A stretch of DNA of 64,000 bases from Caldora sp. (GTDB lineage Bacteria; Cyanobacteriota; Cyanobacteriia; Cyanobacteriales; Coleofasciculaceae). The position numbers were made by a program, and so were the translations under genes. This document shows, one piece after another, positions 30,843 to 41,996 of the stretch; the stretch's first letter is position 1; each line of letters begins with the position of its first letter. The stretch is taken from positions 97,053 to 161,052 of the forward strand of contig CBDCVG010000043.1 in assembly GCA_965222765.1 (NCBI GenBank). The letters are read 5' to 3'. The notes beneath the pieces are model-generated. The model ran no database searches and was not told the DNA's origin. It worked only from the letters and a program-made list of their open reading frames with translations.

Positions 30843-31397
30843 CTATTTGTCAAGACCTTGATAGAGCTGAGCGATCACAAATTCCAGATCAATACTTTTT
30901 AGTGAAACAAGATCGCCTCTCTCGTAAACAACCGTCTCCCAGGTATTCACCGAGGTGCGACGGCGACATTCTACCCGCTGATTTTCTTGAGAAATTAAAA
31001 CATATTCTTCCAAAGATGCTATTTTTTGATAATCCTTAAATTTTTCCTCTAAATCAAAGGTCTTTGTACTAGGTGAAAGTACTTCAACAATCAGTTTAGG
31101 GTATCTCTTGATGTAGCGGTCATTGCGGTCTCGTGGGTCACAAGTAACGAAGGCATCTGGATAGTAATAAAATTCATTTTGGTAATTAACCTTCACATTA
31201 CCCGAGTGAAATCGGCAATCTGAGTTGCCTAAATGCAAGTTAATCAAGCTGAGAAGGTTTAGAGCAAGACGATCATGATTATCTGTGCCACCAGCCATCG
31301 CATAGACTAAGCCGTGCCAATATTCATGGCGGATCTGGCTTTGGCGTTCGATGTCGAGATACTCTTCAGGAGTGATGTAATTACGGATGGCAATCAT
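30843..31397 (-). CDS. Uma2-family endonuclease (DUF820)
   Basis: EYxxGxL...D...PDLAIEV-type PD-(D/E)xK pattern (YPKLIVEVLSPST). Confidence 0.75.
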   Translation of the reverse strand: MIAIRNYITPEEYLDIERQSQIRHEYWHGLVYAMAGGTDNHDRLALNLLSLINLHLGNSDCRFHSGNVKVNYQNEFYYYPDAFVTCDPRDRNDRYIKRYPKLIVEVLSPSTKTFDLEEKFKDYQKIASLEEYVLISQENQRVECRRRTSVNTWETVVYERGDLVSLKSIDLEFVIAQLYQGLDK

Positions 31398-31480
31398 AAG
31401 GATGGTTATTGGTTATTTGCCTTACACCTAATGTAGTAGCGTGACACACCAATTACCAAATACGTTGATTAGGATCTAAT

Positions 31481-32080
31481 TCACATCAGGCGTAAAGTTT
31501 CTCGAAATGCTATCACTGCATCAAACTGCTCTTCAGGTTTAACATAGCTAGCTAGCAACTTGAGGTCTAATGCCGATAGTAACTCACTAGCTTCTACTAA
31601 CTCATATCCGGTTGAGCGCAGATGATAAATAGAAAATTGTCCTGATTGCCACTGCCAAACTTCGCGTACTCCCAAACCCCGATAGATATCCAACTTATTG
31701 ACCAATCCACTAGTGATGACCACCTCGATCGCTAAGTCGGGGAATTCCTTTTTTGCTCCTAAACAATAGCACTCATCAGGTTCTAAGCCTCGCTTCTTGG
31801 CAGCTTGGCGAAATGTGGTGGAACCCCCTGCATGGAAACGAGTTCGCGTTTCTTGTAGATAGGCTTCTATCAACATCCCAATCACCTTTTTGAGCTCCTC
31901 GTGTTCTGGAGAATTAGTCATGATTTCTAGAGTTCCCTCTAAGTAGCTCATTCGCAATGTCGGAAAGTTATCTCCTAGAACATCTAGCAAACTCTCATAC
32001 TGATGCCAATCAACTCCATGAAGTAGCACCCGTTGCTCTGAATCTACCAATGGAGGTTGAGTGACGATTGGAGAATTCAT
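31481..32080 (-). CDS. Uma2-family endonuclease (DUF820)
   Basis: LEGTLEIMTNSPEHE ... FPDLAIEVVITS motifs. Confidence 0.75.
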   Translation of the reverse strand: MNSPIVTQPPLVDSEQRVLLHGVDWHQYESLLDVLGDNFPTLRMSYLEGTLEIMTNSPEHEELKKVIGMLIEAYLQETRTRFHAGGSTTFRQAAKKRGLEPDECYCLGAKKEFPDLAIEVVITSGLVNKLDIYRGLGVREVWQWQSGQFSIYHLRSTGYELVEASELLSALDLKLLASYVKPEEQFDAVIAFRETLRLM

Positions 32081-32248
32081 AGTATTTAACCACTAACTTT
32101 CCTTGTCCTTATTTTAGATTAGGCGATCGCTGAATAATACTTTGAACTTCTAGTACAGCGCGGCGGAAATAACCCACCAGGAGAGAGCGATAGAATCCTT
32201 ACTCTATAAGCATTCTTAATTCTTAATTCTTAATTCTGCGCAGCGGTA

Positions 32249-32788
32249 CTAGCCATTTTCTGGTTCGACGTAGCCTTGTATATTCTCAAGATTGAATTGC
32301 TTCAGTAGAGTTGTGGCTTGCCTAGTCAAACTTTCAGAACCTTTGACCACAATCAAGTATTTTCCAGCATTGAGGCGATTACGGTAAGACAAAGCATCAC
32401 CACTACCAACGCTTAAACCGACGCCACCACCAACAAAAAAGCTACCCATTGACCCTGCGATCGCACCGAAGAAACCGCCGATGATGTGATTAACTACTGC
32501 ACCTGTTCCTGGAAGAATTTCTATTCCTGTTTGCAAGTTAAACACATAACCCGCTCCGAAACCAAAGGGAATCAACAAGAATGCCAGCTGATAAATTTGC
32601 TTTTTCGCTTTAGTGGTGGGGTCTATTAAGCCAAATTCATCAGCACTTTGGTATCCTCTACCCAGAATAGTGACCTTATCCATCGGTAAGCCTGCTTTTT
32701 CTAGGGCAGTATAGGCTGCTTCTGCCTCAATGCGGTTTGGCAATATGGCAATCAAATAGTTCATTGCTTGGATCTTGGTTCGATACAA
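32249..32788 (-). CDS. Membrane protein with a glycine-zipper segment (DUF1269-like)
   Basis: GGFFGAIAGSMGSFFVGGGVGLSVGSG glycine-zipper transmembrane region. Confidence 0.5.
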   Translation of the reverse strand: MYRTKIQAMNYLIAILPNRIEAEAAYTALEKAGLPMDKVTILGRGYQSADEFGLIDPTTKAKKQIYQLAFLLIPFGFGAGYVFNLQTGIEILPGTGAVVNHIIGGFFGAIAGSMGSFFVGGGVGLSVGSGDALSYRNRLNAGKYLIVVKGSESLTRQATTLLKQFNLENIQGYVEPENG

Positions 32789-33136
32789 GACTTACTTTAC
32801 CCGTTTATCTTTACAAGAGAGACTTTGAAGGCAAGGAATAAGGTTTGGAGAGAGGATTAAATCCTGTTCTTCTCCCACTCCAAGAGTTCCTGTTGCTTTT
32901 TACCTTTTCATGATGGGGAGAAACCTAAAAATTTTCAGACAACTGAGGCACTAGTGACCCTTTGCAGTTAATATAGCCTACTGCGGTGAGAACTCACTGT
33001 TGTTTTCACTCTACTCCCACTGCATTCAGCAGCTGACTGCTATTTGTTGTCTGTCGCTTGCAGCGCTCCTTGCCTTGAAATTCCTTTAAGGTAGAGGAGC
33101 GGGATTAGGACAAGCTCATTTCAACCCCATTAGGTA

Positions 33137-34720
33137 ATGTCTAAGGTTCTCGTCTCTGACCCAATTAATCAAGCTGGAATTGATATCCTTTCCCAAGTTG
33201 CTCAGGTTGACATCAAAACAAATCTACCGCCTGAGGAACTAGCTGGGATTATCTCAGAATATGATGCCTTGATGATTCGCTCTGGGACTCGCGTTACCCA
33301 AGAGATTATTGAGGCTGGCAATCAACTGAAGATCATTGGACGTGCTGGTGTTGGTGTAGATAACGTCGATGTTGCAGCAGCTACCCGTCACGGAATTGTT
33401 GTAGTTAACTCTCCAGAAGGGAATACAATTGCCGCAGCTGAACACGCCCTTGCGATGATGCTGTCTCTTTCTCGCCATATTCCCCATGCTAATGAGTCAG
33501 TTAAAAACAATAAGTGGGACCGCAAGCGCTTCATCGGTACAGAAGTTTATAAGAAGACTTTGGGTGTTGTTGGCTTGGGCAAAATTGGCTCCCATGTGGC
33601 TACTGCAGCACGAGCTATGGGTATGAAGTTACTCGCCTATGACCCCTTCATTTCCATCGAACGAGCTGAGCAGCTAGGCTGCCGCTTAGTTGAGATGGAT
33701 TTACTGTTGCGGGAGTCTGATTACATTACTCTACACATTCCTAAAACTGCGGAAACGGCTCATCTAATTGATGCTGAAGCCTTAGCCAAGATGAAGCCAG
33801 GAGCCCGCATTGTCAACTGTGCTAGAGGTGGCATTATTGATGAAGAGGCGCTAGCCGAGGCTTTAAAGGAAGGTAAAATTGCCGGTGCAGCTTTGGATGT
33901 CTTTGAATCAGAACCCCTAGGAGAATCACAATTGCGATCGCTGGGGAAAGAAGTTATACTGACTCCCCACCTAGGAGCCTCTACCGAAGAAGCTCAAGTT
34001 AATGTGGCGATTGATGTTGCTGAGCAAATTCGTGATGTTTTGTTAGGCTTACCAGCCCGTTCAGCAGTTAATATTCCTGGCCTTTCTCCCAACGTACTCG
34101 AAACTCTCAAACCCTATATGAAGTTGGCAGAAACCCTGGGTAATTTAGTCAGTCAGCTGGCGGGAGGACGGATTGAAGTTTTGAATGTGCGGTTACAGGG
34201 AGAGTTAGCGACTAATAATAGTCAGCCTTTAGTTGTAGCTTCCCTTAAAGGTTTACTTTCCCATGCCCTGCGGGAGCGAGTTAATTATGTTAATGCCACC
34301 ATTGAAGCTAAAGAACGGGGAATTCGTGTCATTGAAACCCGAGATGCTTCAATTAAGGACTATTCAGGAGGCTCATTACAGTTATCAGCTAAGGGTTCTT
34401 TGGGAGAACATTCTGTGACTGGAGCTTTGCTCAGTGATGGAGAAATCCATGTTACCAGTATTGATGAGTTCCCAATTAACGTTCCTCCTAGTAATCACAT
34501 GCTCTTTACTCTGCACCGCGATATGCCGGGAATTATTGGGAAAATTGGCTCTCTGCTAGGCAGTTTTAATGTCAATATTGCCAGTATGCAGGTTGGTCGC
34601 AAAATTGTGCGGGGTGATGCAGTTATGGTACTGAGTATTGATGATCCTCTACCGGAGGGAATTTTGAAGGAGATTATGAAAGTTCCTGGAATTCGGGATG
34701 CTTATACGGTAACTTTGTAG
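33137..34720 (+). CDS. serA: D-3-phosphoglycerate dehydrogenase with C-terminal ACT domain
   Basis: NAD-binding GVVGLGKIGSHVA. Catalytic R/E/H region (NCARGGIID, TPHLGAST). 527 aa including ASB/ACT domains. Confidence 0.9.
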   Translation: MSKVLVSDPINQAGIDILSQVAQVDIKTNLPPEELAGIISEYDALMIRSGTRVTQEIIEAGNQLKIIGRAGVGVDNVDVAAATRHGIVVVNSPEGNTIAAAEHALAMMLSLSRHIPHANESVKNNKWDRKRFIGTEVYKKTLGVVGLGKIGSHVATAARAMGMKLLAYDPFISIERAEQLGCRLVEMDLLLRESDYITLHIPKTAETAHLIDAEALAKMKPGARIVNCARGGIIDEEALAEALKEGKIAGAALDVFESEPLGESQLRSLGKEVILTPHLGASTEEAQVNVAIDVAEQIRDVLLGLPARSAVNIPGLSPNVLETLKPYMKLAETLGNLVSQLAGGRIEVLNVRLQGELATNNSQPLVVASLKGLLSHALRERVNYVNATIEAKERGIRVIETRDASIKDYSGGSLQLSAKGSLGEHSVTGALLSDGEIHVTSIDEFPINVPPSNHMLFTLHRDMPGIIGKIGSLLGSFNVNIASMQVGRKIVRGDAVMVLSIDDPLPEGILKEIMKVPGIRDAYTVTL

Positions 34721-34860
34721 GGGCGTGGCGAAGTTAGATATTTCGCCGATAGTGCCAAATGTTAATCAAGCCTTGACCTTCAAGGAACTAGGAGTCAGTA
34801 GTCACGAGAAATTCAGCAATTGCTGAATTTCTGGATTTCAAAGTCAGCAATTCTGGAATT

Positions 34861-35751
34861 ATGGCAAACAGCTGGTGGGAAATTAAAATTCTCTGTGACT
34901 CTGCTTTGGAGGATTTAATCTTCTGGCGACTGGAAAAATTTGGTTGTCGTGGTATGTCCAGCGAAGTCAAGGGAAATTCCCACCTTTTGTGTAGTTATCT
35001 ACCTCAGATAGAGGCACAACTATTGGATTTAGCGGCTCTTTCCCTATGGCTGCGTCAGGATGCCCTCACTCTGGGACAGCCAATACCGATGATGCATTGG
35101 CGTTTGATTGATGAGGAGGACTGGGCTAGTAATTGGAAGCAGCACTGGCAACCACAGGATATTGGCGATAAATTGTTGATCTACCCTGCCTGGTTGCCGG
35201 AGCCAAAACTCTCTGAACGTCTGCTATTACGCCTTGATCCTGGAGCTGCATTTGGTACTGGTACTCACTCGACTACTCAGCTTTGCCTAGAAGCTTTGGA
35301 AATGCGATTAGGAGATGGCAGTAATGGTGTAGTGGCTGATATTGGTTGTGGCTCTGGTATTCTCTCTATTGGAGCTGTATTGCTAGGTGCGAAAAAGGTC
35401 TATGGGGTTGATATTGACCCCTTGGCCGTGCGTTCTGCCCGCAGTAACCGTGACTTGAATCAAATTAGTGCTCAGCAAATGGTTGTGGAAAGAGGCAGTA
35501 TTGACAAGTTACAGAAGCTAACTAACAATCAATTAGTAGATGGAATTCTCTGCAATATTCTGGCAGAAGTAATTATCGATTTAATTCCAAACATGAGTGC
35601 CCTTGCTGGTCCTAAAACTTGGGGTATTCTTAGTGGAATTTTGTTAGATCAGGCTAAATCAATTGCTGATATCCTGGAACAATATAACTGGATTGTGGCA
35701 GCCCTCTGGAAGCGTCAAGAATGGTGTTGCTTTAATATTAGAAGATCTTAG
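34861..35751 (+). CDS. prmA: Ribosomal protein L11 methyltransferase
   Basis: SAM-binding motif [15 protein letters not shown]; 296 aa. Confidence 0.85.
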   Translation: MANSWWEIKILCDSALEDLIFWRLEKFGCRGMSSEVKGNSHLLCSYLPQIEAQLLDLAALSLWLRQDALTLGQPIPMMHWRLIDEEDWASNWKQHWQPQDIGDKLLIYPAWLPEPKLSERLLLRLDPGAAFGTGTHSTTQLCLEALEMRLGDGSNGVVADIGCGSGILSIGAVLLGAKKVYGVDIDPLAVRSARSNRDLNQISAQQMVVERGSIDKLQKLTNNQLVDGILCNILAEVIIDLIPNMSALAGPKTWGILSGILLDQAKSIADILEQYNWIVAALWKRQEWCCFNIRRS

Positions 35752-35921
35752 TAATTTCCCAATACAAAAATCCTCACTTAAGGTGATTTCCAAGAAACAA
35801 TGTACCTATCGTAGGGTTTGTTAGCGAAGCGTAAGGCACCGCATTGCGGGTACAATCATTATCAAAAATCGCCTAATTTCTAACTAGAGGTCAAGCCTAA
35901 AAAGCTTTAAGCTTAGTTCCT

Positions 35922-37121
35922 ATGCGAACAGTTGCTCAAATCAATGATAAAATCCTCCGCCGTTGTGCAGTGGTATGGACTGTAGAAGAATTAAAAGCAC
36001 GAGTGGCAGATGTAGGTGTGACTCAGGCGGCGAAACAAGTGGATATCATTACCACCGGTACCTTTGAGCCAATGGAGTCTTCCGGTGCAATTATCAATCT
36101 GGGACATACAGATCCACCTATCAAAATTCGTCAGTGTTGGCTGGATAGAGTGCCAGCCTACCCTGGCTTTGGGGCAGTGGATTTGTATTTAGGGGCAACT
36201 CAAGTGGTAGATTACACCGGTACTGGTGACATTCCAGACTCAGAGGAATTAAGAGAACGTGGTGGCGGACACATCATTGAAGACTTAATTGCCGGTAAAA
36301 CAATACAATTGCGAGCCCTTGGATATGTAACAGACTGCTATCCCAGGGCGTCTTTTGAGACAACAATTACTCGCGATACAATTAACCAGTTTTATTTATT
36401 TAATCCCCGCAATCTTTATCAAAACTTTATTGTTGGTGTTAATGGGGGAGATCGTCCCCTATTCACTTATTTAGGTCCCCTACAGCCGAGGCTTGCCAAT
36501 GCAGTTTACTCCAACCCAGGAGAAATTTCTCCCCTACTCAATGATCCAGAACTCAAGCTCATTGGGATTGGCACAAAGATTTTCCTAGGTGGAGGCATTG
36601 GTTACATTGCTTGGGAAGGAACCCAACATTTCCCCTTGCAAAAACGCCTTCCTAATCGAACACCAGTAGGACCGGCAGCCACTCTTGCCTTAATTGGAGA
36701 TGCTAAGCAAATGAACCCTAAGTGGGTGAGGGGTTGCTACTTCAAAAATTATGGTCCTTCTCTGATGCTGGGTGTTGGTGTGCCACTACCAGTCTTAAAT
36801 GAAGAAGTTGTCAAATGCTGTGCTGTCGAAGATAAAGACATTGTCGCACCAGTTGTGGACTTTTCTATTCCCCGACGTGTCCGTCCTACTTTCGGTTTAG
36901 TGAGCTATGCTCAATTAAAGTCTGGTCGTATGACGATTGATGGCAAATCAGTACGGGTAGCTCCCCTGGCTAGTATTTTTCTCTCACGACAAGTAGCTTG
37001 GGACTTGAAGGAATGGATTGAGCAAGGGGAATTTACCCTTACTGAACCAGTCGCGCCAATTCCGATGAATAGCTCGTTTCTTCCTCAAGACCGATGGGAT
37101 TCTCAAATTGCCCTAGATTAA
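35922..37121 (+). CDS. DUF39-family protein (homocysteine biosynthesis protein, MJ0100-like, without CBS domains)
   Basis: The 399-aa sequence resembles the DUF39 proteins annotated in cyanobacteria; this is a recall-based call. Confidence 0.55.
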   Translation: MRTVAQINDKILRRCAVVWTVEELKARVADVGVTQAAKQVDIITTGTFEPMESSGAIINLGHTDPPIKIRQCWLDRVPAYPGFGAVDLYLGATQVVDYTGTGDIPDSEELRERGGGHIIEDLIAGKTIQLRALGYVTDCYPRASFETTITRDTINQFYLFNPRNLYQNFIVGVNGGDRPLFTYLGPLQPRLANAVYSNPGEISPLLNDPELKLIGIGTKIFLGGGIGYIAWEGTQHFPLQKRLPNRTPVGPAATLALIGDAKQMNPKWVRGCYFKNYGPSLMLGVGVPLPVLNEEVVKCCAVEDKDIVAPVVDFSIPRRVRPTFGLVSYAQLKSGRMTIDGKSVRVAPLASIFLSRQVAWDLKEWIEQGEFTLTEPVAPIPMNSSFLPQDRWDSQIALD

Positions 37122-37251
37122 TTTAGGTTTTAGGTTTTAGGTTGAGAAAAAACAGTAAGTTTGAGTTATTTTCCTGTAAATACTCTTGATGAAGGATAAT
37201 AACTTTGCCAATAACTCAAAAATCTCATTACCTAACACCTAACACCTTTTC

Positions 37252-38235
37252 TTAAGTACTACCTCCACGCTGCTTTTGGCTATGCTTAATCGGTTTAGGT
37301 AAAGGTTCTCGGCGTTTAGTTGGCGTCACTGCTACTGGGCGATCACCTGAACTAAAGGAGCGCTTATTGGAAGTTTTCTTGTTTTTATAGGAATGCTTTT
37401 TACCGGAAGTTTTTTTGCCTGGTCTTTTTTTTCTGAGAGGCATCATACCAATGTCATTGGCTTCCTTAATTAACAGAGTATTCCCCTGCAACTGCACATG
37501 TAAATCCCAAAAGCGACCCAGTACTTTCTCTCCTAGAATCCCTTTGAGATTGATCTTAAAAAACTTAGGTGATTCTGACTCTTTACGAGGAGATTGCCTA
37601 ATCTTGATGACTACTCGTTCCTGTTCTTTTGAGTGGTAGATTACCTCACCACGAATAGAAAAATAGCCATTTTTAAAAACGGGTGAAACTTCAGCTTGAG
37701 AAACTTCTTCAGAGCTTTTTACTTCTGATTCCTCAGAAACTTGTTCAGACTCAGCAGATCTGGTTGATGTTGTTTTATTAAGTTTTTCTGGCTCCCAAAC
37801 ACCGACAATTTGGACGTGTAAGTTATTGTCTTCTTGCCTGGATCGAGGATAAACAACCCAAAGATGGGGTTGTGCTAAGTCCAAGTGATTTTTGACTAAG
37901 CTCATCACCCTACCTAGTAACACAGCATCAATTAGGGTTCCATCTGTTGTTACTAAAGTACCTCGAGTCAATTGCTCTGCCGAGGGCATATATTGTCCCT
38001 TGATTAGCCCGATAGCTCGGTACTGCTTGGGTTCACTCGGGGGAGGAATTGGTTGTTCTCGCTGAACGTTTGGTGGCATAGTCCCGGTTGAATCAGCTGT
38101 AGCAGTTGAGTTAGTGACGTTTGGAGAATCGCCAACTGGCGTTTCTGGGGGTTGGTTTGATATTGTTGGTGTTTCTGGCGACTGAACTCCAGAAGCATTG
38201 GGTGATTCGGTAGACAGATTCACAGAAAGATTCAT
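37252..38235 (-). CDS. Hypothetical protein with a Pro/Ser/Thr-rich N-terminus and Lys/Arg-rich C-terminus
   Basis: ORF track; low-complexity termini around a central globular region. Confidence 0.5.
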   Translation of the reverse strand: MNLSVNLSTESPNASGVQSPETPTISNQPPETPVGDSPNVTNSTATADSTGTMPPNVQREQPIPPPSEPKQYRAIGLIKGQYMPSAEQLTRGTLVTTDGTLIDAVLLGRVMSLVKNHLDLAQPHLWVVYPRSRQEDNNLHVQIVGVWEPEKLNKTTSTRSAESEQVSEESEVKSSEEVSQAEVSPVFKNGYFSIRGEVIYHSKEQERVVIKIRQSPRKESESPKFFKINLKGILGEKVLGRFWDLHVQLQGNTLLIKEANDIGMMPLRKKRPGKKTSGKKHSYKNKKTSNKRSFSSGDRPVAVTPTKRREPLPKPIKHSQKQRGGST

Positions 38236-38612
38236 ATAACCTCTAACCTCCTAGCGGCGGAGACACATTACCCGTTATGGGGGTTCGGCTGACTTGACTA
38301 AGAGTCTTTTGCTCAACACTATCTAGCTGTTGGTTGTTTCAGAAACAATGACTTGAGGTTGAACAACCAAAAAACTCCTAGGTGAGAAAACTTAATTATC
38401 AGCCTGCCTATTGTATAAAATGCAATGGGATGATCGGTATATCCGTAAAGTTTATGGAATCTTTAATGGTAGAACCTTATAACTATACTAACTCTAGGCT
38501 GAATTTTGCCCAGATTCTGGTGGGTTTGAGGTTCAGGGCAGGGTAGAATAAAAAATCCTCGCTGTCTCAGCACGAGGAGTGTCAAAATGTAATTAGAGTT
38601 CAAGGAAGTTTT

Positions 38613-39515
38613 GTGTCTCAAAAGCGCAGTCCCTGGTTAAATCTGGTATTGATATTGGCGGTGCTGGCATTTGTCGGTTTTTCAATGATTCCTTTGATTG
38701 GAAGTATCTTCGAGGGAAATGAACCGACAGCAGGAGCCTCACCAGCCGCAACACCAACAATTTCTTCAGAACAGCAGGCAAAACTCGAAGCTGAGGCGAA
38801 GGGCTATGAATTAGTTGTGCAGAGGGAGCCAAACAATACCACAGCACTGCGAGGGCTGGTAGAGGCAAGGTTGCGGCTTGGAGATATTAAAGGAGTGATC
38901 TCGCCCCTAGAACAGTTGGCAAAGCTAAATCCTGACCAGACTGATTATGTTATATTGCTGGCTCAGGCTAAGCAGCAAGTTGGCGATCGCGAAGGAGCAG
39001 CTCAAGCCTATCGTGATGTACTAGCCTCGGAACAGGGAAACATGAATGCCTTGCAAGGGCTTGTCAGTCTATTAGTACAGCAAGGTCGCCCAGAAGCAGC
39101 AATTGGCGAGTTGCAAAAGAAGCTAAAAACAGCAGCATCTATTAATGAGTTTCAGCCCAATACGATCGATATCGTTGGCGTACAGATGTTGTTAGGTCAA
39201 GTTTACGCTAGCCAAAAGCGCTACACAGAAGCGCTCACAGTCTATGATGAGGCTATTAAGTCTAACGAAGAAGCTTGGAGACCAGTTCTAGCTAAAGCAT
39301 TGATTTTTAAACAACAGGGTAAAACGGCAGAAGCAGAACCCCTCTTCACAAAAGCCATTTCTCTAGCACCAGCTCAACACAAAGACCAAATTCAACAGTT
39401 AGCAAGTCCATCAGAGCAACCAGAGCCTAATAGTTCACCTACCAATGAGACTACCAATGAGACTACCAATGAGACTCCTGAACTGCCAGAGTCGATCCCA
39501 ACAGTGAGTCCTTAA
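38613..39515 (+). CDS. TPR-repeat protein with an N-terminal membrane anchor; C-terminal TNETTNETTNET repeat
   Basis: TM helix LNLVLILAVLAFVGF followed by TPRs. A 12-nt tandem repeat at 39433-39470. Confidence 0.7.
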   Translation: MSQKRSPWLNLVLILAVLAFVGFSMIPLIGSIFEGNEPTAGASPAATPTISSEQQAKLEAEAKGYELVVQREPNNTTALRGLVEARLRLGDIKGVISPLEQLAKLNPDQTDYVILLAQAKQQVGDREGAAQAYRDVLASEQGNMNALQGLVSLLVQQGRPEAAIGELQKKLKTAASINEFQPNTIDIVGVQMLLGQVYASQKRYTEALTVYDEAIKSNEEAWRPVLAKALIFKQQGKTAEAEPLFTKAISLAPAQHKDQIQQLASPSEQPEPNSSPTNETTNETTNETPELPESIPTVSP

Positions 39516-39585
39516 ACAGAGCTCAGGACTTACGCAAAACCTCCATTTGTAGGGTGTGTTAGCGTAGCGTAACGCACCTTTGAAT

Positions 39586-41481
39586 CTATTGCTCCCCAAC
39601 TTTCCTTCTCAATTCAAGTGCTTTCAGATCAAGAGATTCTGCTTTATCGTACCTACCCTGTAACTTGTAGATATGTGCTAGATGATTGACGCTGGTAGCT
39701 ACATGGGGATGATCATTCCCTAGACGAGTTTTTGTCGCTAAATAACACTGTTCATACCAGTTAACTGTTTGCTCATAATCTCCTTGTCCCTGATAAAAAC
39801 GAGCTAAACCAACAAAAGGAAAGATTAAATCTTCATCATTTAACCAGTCGCTTTGAGCTGTTGCTGCTTCCGCTAAGTGAGGAATAGCGGGAGTGAGTTC
39901 TGTAATTTGTCTTTGAGTTGGAGTCTCTGGAATTTTTTGTGCCTCTGCCACCATAACTTGACAAAACACTAGCTTCAATTGGTTTGCTTCGATTAATTGC
40001 TCCAGCTTACCTCGGAAAAATTCTCGAATTAGCGGGTGTAGTTGATAGTTACCTTGACTATACCTCTGTAGTAGACTCAAATTTATTAAAGACTGATCTC
40101 TAGCATCTTCTACATCTTCCTTGTCTTGCTCCGGTAAGCACTTTTCCACTAATTCCCAAGGAATAGGGGCTAAAGCAAACAGACTCAACAAGCATCCTAA
40201 TTGTTGTTCTGACTCATCTAGTTCTTGCCAACTCAACTCCAAAGCATCAGCAACCCCCAACCTCGCTGTCATATCTTCAGAAGGTTGCTGTAATGAGCGG
40301 TGCTCTAGCTCCAATCGCTGACGCATTTCAGCTAGAGACAAATCTGACTTGCTCTTCAAATATCGCCCAACCAGCTCCAAACCTAAGGGTAAAAATCCCA
40401 ATTCCTCACAAAGCTCTTTTGCTTGATCAAGTTCCTTTGTAATACGCTCTTGTCCCACAAATGATACCAATAATTCCAAAGAGGCGTTCTTCGACAGACC
40501 CTCTAAGTTGATTTGCACAAAAGACTCACCCAATAATTGCTTTCTGGTGGTGAAGAGTATCTTGAAGCGTGGCTCGGCTGGTGGCAGATAGGGCTTGACT
40601 TGTAGATAGTCTCTCACATCATCCCAGATCAACAACACCTCACCCTCTTGCCAATTTCGCCAACAGTAAGCCACCTGCTCTTCCAAATTGCACTCGGATG
40701 GCGGCTGTAAGTTAAACTGAATTTTGGCAAAACTCAGGATTTGAGTTCCCAATTCACCCTTTCCCGCCTCTAACCAGCAGATGCCACCGGGGTAAGTACC
40801 TTGCTCTTGATCTAACAGGGCATATTGCAGAGCCAGTTCTGTTTTCCCAACACCCCCCATTCCAGTAATAGCAGAAATAGCGACTCGTTCTGTCTGTTGT
40901 AATTGTTGGTGTAGGGTTTCAATAGCTTCAGTGTGTCCAACAAACTTAATCGCGCCGCTGCGGGGTAGGTTTGAAGGGATACTGGCAGTTTGAACAGCAG
41001 TTACTTCATCTAATTCATCTGGGTTATTTTGATCAACTAAAGCTGTTGCAAAAGTAACCTCTTTTTGTAGTGCTTTTGATCTTGTTGATCGTCGGCGTTC
41101 CCACTCTTGATCAAACCGTTCCAAATTCTTGGTTTTGTCTTTTGACCATAGGGTTAGGGTAAAATTCCAGTCATCTGAACCCCGCTTCTGTGCCCGATTA
41201 TCTTCCAAAATCCCCAGAAAGTCTTCCATCCGATGAAGAGCTTCTCGGATTTGAGCTTTGGTAAGCTTACCTAGATATTGATCATTTTGGGTCAGTTCTG
41301 CTAAAACTCTGAGCTTAGTGTTGACATGTAGCTTGGGATTAGTCGAGTTTTCAGAATTCCAACGGTATTGGATATCAAGATGCTCATAACCCTCCAACTC
41401 AACATTCACAAACGCCAGCAATGCTTCAAGCACGCAAAGAACTCTCTTTTTTACTCGAGATCCATAGGTGGCTCTTGGCAT
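39586..41481 (-). CDS. STAND NTPase: uncharacterised N-terminal ~170-aa domain, NB-ARC P-loop NTPase, C-terminal TPRs
   Basis: Walker A GMGGVGKT in an NB-ARC context (hhhhDDV, GLPLGL motifs). C-terminal kinesin-light-chain-type TPRs. Confidence 0.8.
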   Translation of the reverse strand: MPRATYGSRVKKRVLCVLEALLAFVNVELEGYEHLDIQYRWNSENSTNPKLHVNTKLRVLAELTQNDQYLGKLTKAQIREALHRMEDFLGILEDNRAQKRGSDDWNFTLTLWSKDKTKNLERFDQEWERRRSTRSKALQKEVTFATALVDQNNPDELDEVTAVQTASIPSNLPRSGAIKFVGHTEAIETLHQQLQQTERVAISAITGMGGVGKTELALQYALLDQEQGTYPGGICWLEAGKGELGTQILSFAKIQFNLQPPSECNLEEQVAYCWRNWQEGEVLLIWDDVRDYLQVKPYLPPAEPRFKILFTTRKQLLGESFVQINLEGLSKNASLELLVSFVGQERITKELDQAKELCEELGFLPLGLELVGRYLKSKSDLSLAEMRQRLELEHRSLQQPSEDMTARLGVADALELSWQELDESEQQLGCLLSLFALAPIPWELVEKCLPEQDKEDVEDARDQSLINLSLLQRYSQGNYQLHPLIREFFRGKLEQLIEANQLKLVFCQVMVAEAQKIPETPTQRQITELTPAIPHLAEAATAQSDWLNDEDLIFPFVGLARFYQGQGDYEQTVNWYEQCYLATKTRLGNDHPHVATSVNHLAHIYKLQGRYDKAESLDLKALELRRKVGEQ

Positions 41482-41510
41482 ATGTCTAAGCAGGAGATTC
41501 GCTCAAAAAG

Positions 41511-41617
41511 TTTGGGGAAACCCCAAACTATATACTACCCTAAAATATCTTAAAATCTTGATTATGCAGGTTTTTACCTACCAAAATTTAACAATTGATT
41601 TGGGGTACTACCCCAAA
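41511..41617. promoter_or_regulatory. Two similar palindromes (tttggggaaaccccaaa at 41511-41527; tttggggtactaccccaaa at 41598-41617) just upstream of the STAND gene start; candidate operator pair
   Basis: Read directly from the sequence. Each is followed by a similar ctatata / gttatag tail. Confidence 0.3.
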
Positions 41618-41701
41618 GTTATAGTTGCAGAGATGTGATGGTAAGGCATTAACTAGTGTGATTTAGGAATGTGATTTTTAAGGCATGATATTGCTAAACG
41701 C

Positions 41702-41733
41702 AAAAAAGGCGAGGTGTCAGCTCGCCTAAATTT
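41702..41733 (-). terminator. Rho-independent terminator for the minus-strand small gene (ggcgagctgacacctcgcc then T7 on the minus strand)
   Basis: GC hairpin followed by ttttttt when read on the minus strand. Confidence 0.55.
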
Positions 41734-41777
41734 ACAATATTCCCTAGATATTTAGGAGTGCTTCAGACTCCTTAAAT

Positions 41778-41996
41778 CTAGCTATTGTCTTTTTCATCCT
41801 CTTTGTCGTTTTGCTTTGTTGGCCGCTTTTTCTTTTGCTGAGGACTTTCGTCAATACCATTAAGCAGTTTGGCGATCGCCGGGGGTATCACATCTGCTCC
41901 GGGTTGAGGTTGGTTATCTTGATTGATAACACCAACCATAAATCCCCAGCAAAGTATAGAAGCAGCTACTAAGCGTGCAAAATTGAACAAGCTCAT
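41778..41996 (-). CDS. Small single-TM membrane protein (72 aa) with a Lys/Asp/Glu-rich tail
   Basis: ORF plus a downstream intrinsic terminator. Confidence 0.4.
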   Translation of the reverse strand: MSLFNFARLVAASILCWGFMVGVINQDNQPQPGADVIPPAIAKLLNGIDESPQQKKKRPTKQNDKEDEKDNS